Assembly: GCA_963758635.1 (NCBI GenBank)
Contig: CAVWWD010000005.1
Location: forward strand, 352,001 to 416,000
Direction of reading: 5' to 3'
Length of the DNA: 64,000 nt
Origin: an uncultured Candidatus Rokubacteria bacterium
GTDB lineage: Bacteria > Methylomirabilota > Methylomirabilia > Rokubacteriales > CSP1-6
Both the position numbers and the translations under genes were made by a program. Numbering within the stretch: position 1 is the first letter of the stretch; the number at the start of each line of letters is the position of its first letter. The notes beneath the pieces are model-generated. The model had not been told where the DNA came from, did not search any database, and was given only the letters and a program-made list of their open reading frames with translations. Shown here in pieces: positions 59,152 to 64,000 of this stretch.

Positions 59152-60506
59152 CAGTGATGCCCCCCGTGGTGGGCGTGCTTCATGGGGTGCGGGAGCACTT
59201 CCTTGACCTCCACGATCGACAGCGAGGGCATCACCCGGATGAACCCGAGGAAGAGGATGAAGAAGAACGCGAAGGAGCCGACGATGATCGTGGAGTCCGT
59301 CACCGTCGGGTAGTAGGTGCCCCACGTGTAGGGATAGAAGTCGTGGCCGAGCCCGGGGACGATGATGTTGAACCGCTCGAACCACATGCCGATCAGCACG
59401 AGGATCGAGACGACGTAGAGCGTGGGCGTGTGGACGCGCAGCCGCTTCGAGAACAGGACGAGCGGCACCACGCTGTTGCAGAAGTACATCGTCCAGTAGG
59501 CCCACGCGTACTGCTTGGTGGCCTTGGCGAACACCGACGCGCGCTCGAAGTGGTCGCCGCTGTACCACGCGGTGAACACCTCGCACGCGTAGAAGTACGT
59601 CAGCACGAGGCTCGTGACCAGGATCAGCTTGGCCATCGCGTCCAGGTGCCGGTCCGTGATGTAGCGCGTACCAGTTGAAGACGGCCCGCATGGGCAGGAG
59701 CAGGATGATGACCATCGCGAAGCCGGAGAAGATGGCGCCGTCGACGAAGAACGGCGGGAACAGCGTGGAGTGCCAGCCCGGCACCGAGGGCCATGGCGAA
59801 GTCGAACGACACCACGCTGTGCACGGAGAGCACGAGCGGGGTGGAGATGGCGGCGAAGATGCCGTAGGCCCGCCGGTAGTGGCGCCACTGGACGTCCGAG
59901 CCCTCCCAGCCCAGCGAGAGCACGGCGTAGATCTTCTTCTTGATGCCGGTCGACTGGTCGCGCAGCGCGGCGATGTCGGGCACGAGGCCCACGATGAAGA
60001 ACAGCACGCTGATGGTGAGGTACGTGGAGATCGCGAACACGTCCCACACCAGCGGCGACTTGAAGTTCGGCCAGAGGTAGCGCTGGTTCGGGTACGGCAT
60101 GAGCCAGTACGCGAACCACATGCGTCCGGCGTGGATCAGCGGGAACAGGCCGGCGGTCATGACCGCGAACACCGTCATGGCCTCGGCGCCCCGGTACACC
60201 GACGTGCGCCACTTGGCGCGGAACAGGTAGAGGACGGCGGAGATCAGCGTGCCGGCGTGGCCGATGCCGATCCAGAACACGAACGTCGTGATGTACATCG
60301 CCCACATCTGGGGCGTGCGCTTGCCCGCCGCGCCCATCCCCACGAAGACCTGATACGACCACGCGAAGAAGCCCGCGGCGAGGGTGAGGCCCACGAGGCA
60401 CATCCAGGCGAAGTACTGGTTGCCGGGCAGGCTGACCGTCCGCCCGAACGTCGCGGTTGACGTCGGCCCAGGTGGCCTGGGCAGGGGCGCTCGGGGAGAC
60501 GCTCAC
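59151..60506 (-). CDS. actC: NrfD/PsrC-family quinol-binding subunit (ActC), frameshifted
   Basis: [70 protein letters not shown]. Confidence 0.92.
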   Translation of the reverse strand: MSVSPSAPAQATWADVNRDVRADGQPARQPVLRLDVPRGPHPRRGLLRVVVSGLRGDGRGGQAHAPDVGDVHHDVRVLDRHRPRRHADLRRPLPVPRQVAHVGVPGRRGHDGVRGHDRRPVPADPRRTHVVRVLAHAVPEPALPLAELQVAAGVGRVRDLHVPHHQRAVLHRGPRARHRRAARPVDRHQEEDLRRALAGLGGLGRPVAPLPAGLRHLRRHLHPARALRAQRGVVRLRHGPRCRAGTPRCSRRSSSTAPSSPASRWSSSCSCPCGPSSTGTRYITDRHLDAMAKLILVTSLVLTYFYACEVFTAWYSGDHFERASVFAKATKQYAWAYWTMYFCNSVVPLVLFSKRLRVHTPTLYVVSILVLIGMWFERFNIIVPGLGHDFYPYTWGTYYPTVTDSTIIVGSFAFFFILFLGFIRVMPSLSIVEVKEVLPHPMKHAHHGGHH

Positions 60507-60508
60507 GG

Positions 60509-63505
60509 CTAGTGCCCCTTCTTCTCGGCGGCGCCGCCCTCGGCGCGCACGACCTTCTTGAGATAGGTCACGGCGGGCCGCGTGCCGAGCTCGTGGAGCA
60601 CGTGGTAGCCGCGCGGCGACCGCGAGAGCTTGCTCACCGCCGCGTTCTCGTCCTTCAGGTCGCCGAAGGTGATGGCCTGCGCCGGGCACGTCTGCTGGCA
60701 GGCGGTGAGGATGTCGCCGTCCTTCACCGGCCGGTTCCCGTCACGGGCGGCATCCTTGCCCTTCAGGATCCGCTGCACGCACATCGTGCACTTCTCCATG
60801 ACCCCGAGCTGGCGGACGGTGACCTCGGGGTTGAGCTGCTGGTCGAGCGGGGCCGGCCACTTGTAGTAGAACCAGTTGAACTTCCGCACGTGGTACGGGC
60901 AGTTGTTGCCGCAGTAGCGCGTGCCCACGCAGCGGTTGTAGATCTGGGCGTTCAGCCCCTCCTGCGTGTGGTACGCCGCGTACACCGGGCACACCGGCTC
61001 GCACGGCGCCACCTCGCAGTGCTGGCAGAACATGGGCAGGAACATGTTCTCGGGATGGTCCGGCGGGCCCTCCTGCCAGCGCTCGATGCGCAGCCAGTGC
61101 TGGATGCGGCCGTACGCCACCTGCGCCTTGCCCACCACGGGGACGTTGTTCTCCGACTGGCACGCGACCACGCAGGCCTGGCAGCCGGTGCAGCGGTCCA
61201 CGTCGATCGTCATCCCCCAGCGGTGATCGGGGTACTTGAGCGCCGGGTACATGGTCGGGTGGCTCGCGTCCTCGGGCGCGCCGCCGCGGAGCTCGAGCTC
61301 GCGGGCGGCGGCGAGGCCGACGTGCTGCGCCAGCTCGCGATCGTCCTGGTCGTGGGTGGCCTGGGGAATGGCCAGCGGCCGCCGCCCGCCCGTCTTGGCC
61401 AGCGCCACCTTCACTTGAAGATACGGGAAGCCCCCCGAGCCGGCCTCGGCCGGAGCGCCGAGCAGCGCGAGCGGATTGGCGCCCACGTTGACGGTCAGGT
61501 CCTTGATCGCGCCGCCGCTCGCGTAGGCGCCGGCGAAGGTGTGCCCCTGCCCCATGGCCACCGCGACCGCGCCGGGATGCAGGGACTCCGACGGGTAGGC
61601 CGGCAGCTCGATCTTGCCGTGCGGCGACGTCAGGCTGACCAGATCGCCGCGACCCACGCCCAGCTGCTTCGCGGTCTCCGCGGGCACCTCGACCCAGCCA
61701 TCCCAGGAGATCTGGGTCATCGAGTCGGGAGCCTCCTGCAGCCACGGCAGGTCGGCCGAGCGCCCGTCGTAGAACCGGGAGGACGGGTAGACGATGAGCG
61801 CGTGCGAGCCGCTGCCCTCGAGCGCGGCGGGCGCCGCCGCCGGACGCGCGGCCTCGGGCCGGAGCGCGACCGCGGCGGCCGCGGACGCCTCGCGCCACGA
61901 GCCGCCCCGGCGGAGCGACTCCTCCCAGAAGTCGCCGAAGGGCCGGTCGCGCGCCACCTGCCGGGCGACGGCCTTCCACTCCTCTTTCAGGAGAGCCTCC
62001 ATGCTCGCCCACGGAAGCGGCCCCTTGCCGTCCTCGCTGCCGAGGGCGCGCCGCCCCAGGACGAGGAGGATGTCGCCGGTCGACTTCGCCTCCACCGGCT
62101 TGCCGTCGATCTCCACCGGACCCATCGTCGGCTGGATGAGGGCGGTGCCGGAACCGGCCACGTAGTCGCCCCACGACTCGAGCCAGTGGAGCGCAGGCAG
62201 GACGACGTGGGCGCGCATGGCCGTCTCGGTGGGCCGGGCGGCCAGGCTGACCACCATGGGGACCTTGGCGAGCGCCTCGGCGAAGCCGGCCTTTGGCGGC
62301 ATGGCGTAGGCCGGGTTCACGTCGCCCAGGATCAGCACCTCGATCTCGCCCCTGGCCATCGCCTGGGTGAGCGCCAGCATGTCGGCGTAGGGGCTCGCCT
62401 TGGCGAACGCGGATTCTCCGACGAGCCTGACGCGCTTGCCGACGGCGCCGATCGCAACGTTCAGCAGGTTGATGGCCACGAGCATGTCGGTGGCGTCACG
62501 CCCGGTCACCGCGGCGCCGCCGCCCACGGCCAGCCCCCCCTGCGAGGCGGCCAGATCGTGCGCGATGCGCTTGATGGTCTCCGCGGGCACGCCCGAGGCG
62601 CTCGCCGCCGCGGCCACGTCGGCGCCCTGCGCGGCGGCGGCCAGGGACTTGCCGTCCACCCCCGGCGCGACCAGCCCCTCGTCGACGATCACGCGCAGCA
62701 TGGCGAGGGCCAGGAGCCGCTCCGTTCCCGGCGCGTTGCGGACCCACTGGTCGGCGTTGGCCCCCGTCATCGACAGCCGCGGCTCGACGTGCACGAACGT
62801 GCCGGCCTTCCCGCGGTGGAAGGCGTGCATCCGAGCGAAGTCGTACGCGTGCCCCACCGGCGACAGCCACGTCTCCAGGAAGTCGGCGCCGAACGAGACG
62901 AGGTAGCTGGCCTCGTCGATCGCGTGGTCGGGAATGGTGTCGCGGCCGAAGGCGATGCGGCTCGCCGCGCGGATGGGCTCGTAGGCGAGCGGCTCGTACG
63001 CGATGCGCGGACGCGCGCCCAGCGCCTTGACCCAGTCGTCCATGAGGCGGGCCAGCGTCGCCGTCTCGATCCCGGTGACGAGGGCGATCCTCTGCCCCTG
63101 CCTGGCCCCGACCAGCGCGGCGAGCTTGTCGGTGACCTGCTTCTCGGCCTGCGCCCACGCCACCGGCTTGCCGCCGGCGAGGGCGCCGCGGAAGCGGTCG
63201 GGATGGTAGAGCCCCTGGAGCGCGGCCTGGCCCCGGATGCAGAGAGCGCCGGCGTTCACCGGGTGATCGGGGTTTCCCTCGAGCTTGACGATCCGGCCAT
63301 CGCGGTTGCGCGCGAGAACGCCGCAGCCCGCCGGGCACTCGCGACAGACCGTCGCGAAGTGCGCGACCACGCCCGGAACGATGTTCTCGGGGGGAGAGAC
63401 GTAGGGAAGGAGCGTCTCGGCGGCGGGACTGCATCCACCGGCCGTCACCGCGGCCCCTCCCGTGGCCACGATCTTGAAGAACGCCCGGCGATCGATGCCG
63501 CTCAT
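60509..63505 (-). CDS. actB: Molybdopterin-oxidoreductase-like + 4Fe-4S dicluster fusion (ActB-like), Tat lipoprotein
   Basis: DRRAFFK Tat motif, TAGGC, CRECPAGC...LCIRG, CTGCQACVVAC, CQHCEVAPCEPVCP, RCVGTRYCGNNCPY, MEKCTMC, TACQQTCP. Confidence 0.9.
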   Translation of the reverse strand: MSGIDRRAFFKIVATGGAAVTAGGCSPAAETLLPYVSPPENIVPGVVAHFATVCRECPAGCGVLARNRDGRIVKLEGNPDHPVNAGALCIRGQAALQGLYHPDRFRGALAGGKPVAWAQAEKQVTDKLAALVGARQGQRIALVTGIETATLARLMDDWVKALGARPRIAYEPLAYEPIRAASRIAFGRDTIPDHAIDEASYLVSFGADFLETWLSPVGHAYDFARMHAFHRGKAGTFVHVEPRLSMTGANADQWVRNAPGTERLLALAMLRVIVDEGLVAPGVDGKSLAAAAQGADVAAAASASGVPAETIKRIAHDLAASQGGLAVGGGAAVTGRDATDMLVAINLLNVAIGAVGKRVRLVGESAFAKASPYADMLALTQAMARGEIEVLILGDVNPAYAMPPKAGFAEALAKVPMVVSLAARPTETAMRAHVVLPALHWLESWGDYVAGSGTALIQPTMGPVEIDGKPVEAKSTGDILLVLGRRALGSEDGKGPLPWASMEALLKEEWKAVARQVARDRPFGDFWEESLRRGGSWREASAAAAVALRPEAARPAAAPAALEGSGSHALIVYPSSRFYDGRSADLPWLQEAPDSMTQISWDGWVEVPAETAKQLGVGRGDLVSLTSPHGKIELPAYPSESLHPGAVAVAMGQGHTFAGAYASGGAIKDLTVNVGANPLALLGAPAEAGSGGFPYLQVKVALAKTGGRRPLAIPQATHDQDDRELAQHVGLAAARELELRGGAPEDASHPTMYPALKYPDHRWGMTIDVDRCTGCQACVVACQSENNVPVVGKAQVAYGRIQHWLRIERWQEGPPDHPENMFLPMFCQHCEVAPCEPVCPVYAAYHTQEGLNAQIYNRCVGTRYCGNNCPYHVRKFNWFYYKWPAPLDQQLNPEVTVRQLGVMEKCTMCVQRILKGKDAARDGNRPVKDGDILTACQQTCPAQAITFGDLKDENAAVSKLSRSPRGYHVLHELGTRPAVTYLKKVVRAEGGAAEKKGH

Positions 63506-63554
63506 TCGCGCCCACTCCTCACGTACGACTGCGCCACGCCAGACTCACCTCACA

Positions 63555-63645
63555 GGTCGTGAAGGAAATCAGACTTTGACGTCGGCGAGCGGGCACAACA
63601 CCGCGATTCTGCGTACACGCGGAGTGCCGTCTCGTCATCGTTCAC
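63555..63645. repeat. Repeat family C, diverged copy in the actB leader, flanked by TCACCTCA direct repeats
   Basis: GTGAAGGAA...CGAGCGGGCACAACACCGCGATTCTGCGTACAC...GCCGTCTCG shared with the 40327/40429 units. Confidence 0.85.
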
Positions 63646-63696
63646 CTCAGGGGACTGCCGACAAGCGGACCGTAAGCGTACCGGGCCGAAAAAACC

Positions 63697-63732
63697 TTGT
63701 GAACCGTATCACGTGGAAAAACGAGGTGTCAA
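63697..63732 (-). promoter_or_regulatory. Putative sigma70 promoter of actB with overlapping TGTGA-N6-TCACG dyad
   Basis: TTGACA (63732-63727)-N18-TACGGT (63708-63703); TTGTGAACCGTATCACGT at 63697-63714. Confidence 0.6.
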
Positions 63733-63739
63733 TAGCGTT

Positions 63740-64000
63740 TCACGACGACGCGATGCGCAGGGAGGCGGCGGCGGCGGCCGCGGCGGCGTCGAGGTCCGCC
63801 TCGGTGTGTGCCAGCGACACGAAGGCGGCCTCGAACTGCGACGGCGCCAGGAAGACGCCGCGCTCGAGCATGGCGTGGAAGTAGCGGGCGTAGCGCTTGG
63901 TGTCGGATCGGCGCGCCGAGGCGTAGTCGGTGACGGGCGCGTCGGTGAAGAACGCGGTCAGCATCGAGCCCACGCGGTTGACGGTGACGGGCACGCCCGC
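63740..64000 (-). CDS. hemL: Glutamate-1-semialdehyde 2,1-aminomutase, C-terminal part
   Basis: [35 protein letters not shown]. Confidence 0.93.
   Translation of the reverse strand, partial: AGVPVTVNRVGSMLTAFFTDAPVTDYASARRSDTKRYARYFHAMLERGVFLAPSQFEAAFVSLAHTEADLDAAAAAAAASLRIASS

Overview
GC-rich bacterial chromosomal window of mostly housekeeping genes. Gene content and style suggest a Rokubacteria/Methylomirabilota-like lineage (inference only). Many genes carry 1-bp frameshifts, densest at about 2-14 kb and 48-51 kb and including conserved housekeeping genes, so these are most likely long-read consensus errors. Gene order: rmuC (partial), TIGR02757-like, nadX, then trxB-HAD-DUF2203-lutCBA-cupin-glcFED-korBA (all minus strand), MFS, LysR divergent from gltB-gltD, a truncated DUF4197 gene, ABC/FtsX-type/lipocalin trio, Cld/ChdC-family heme protein, a two-gene thiotemplate locus, moaA-Rieske-radical SAM, yjbQ, tRNA-Leu/Cys/Gly, galT-gpsA-plsY-pgsA-comB-argGFDB-hslUV-xerC-topA-dprA, yeeE, moeA, an alternative complex III-like operon (actBCDEF, no actA) and hemL (partial). 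The most unusual locus is 29772-35015: a putative sigma54 operon encoding an FkbH + degenerate carrier + glycosyltransferase-like fusion coupled to a PCP + atypical thioesterase protein, with no A, C or KS domains. Also notable are several short intergenic repeat families (one inside a CDS, one pair bracketing an MFS gene), tandem structured leaders before gltB and argB, and recurrent leaderless-type promoters. No rRNA, CRISPR array or transposase was seen.
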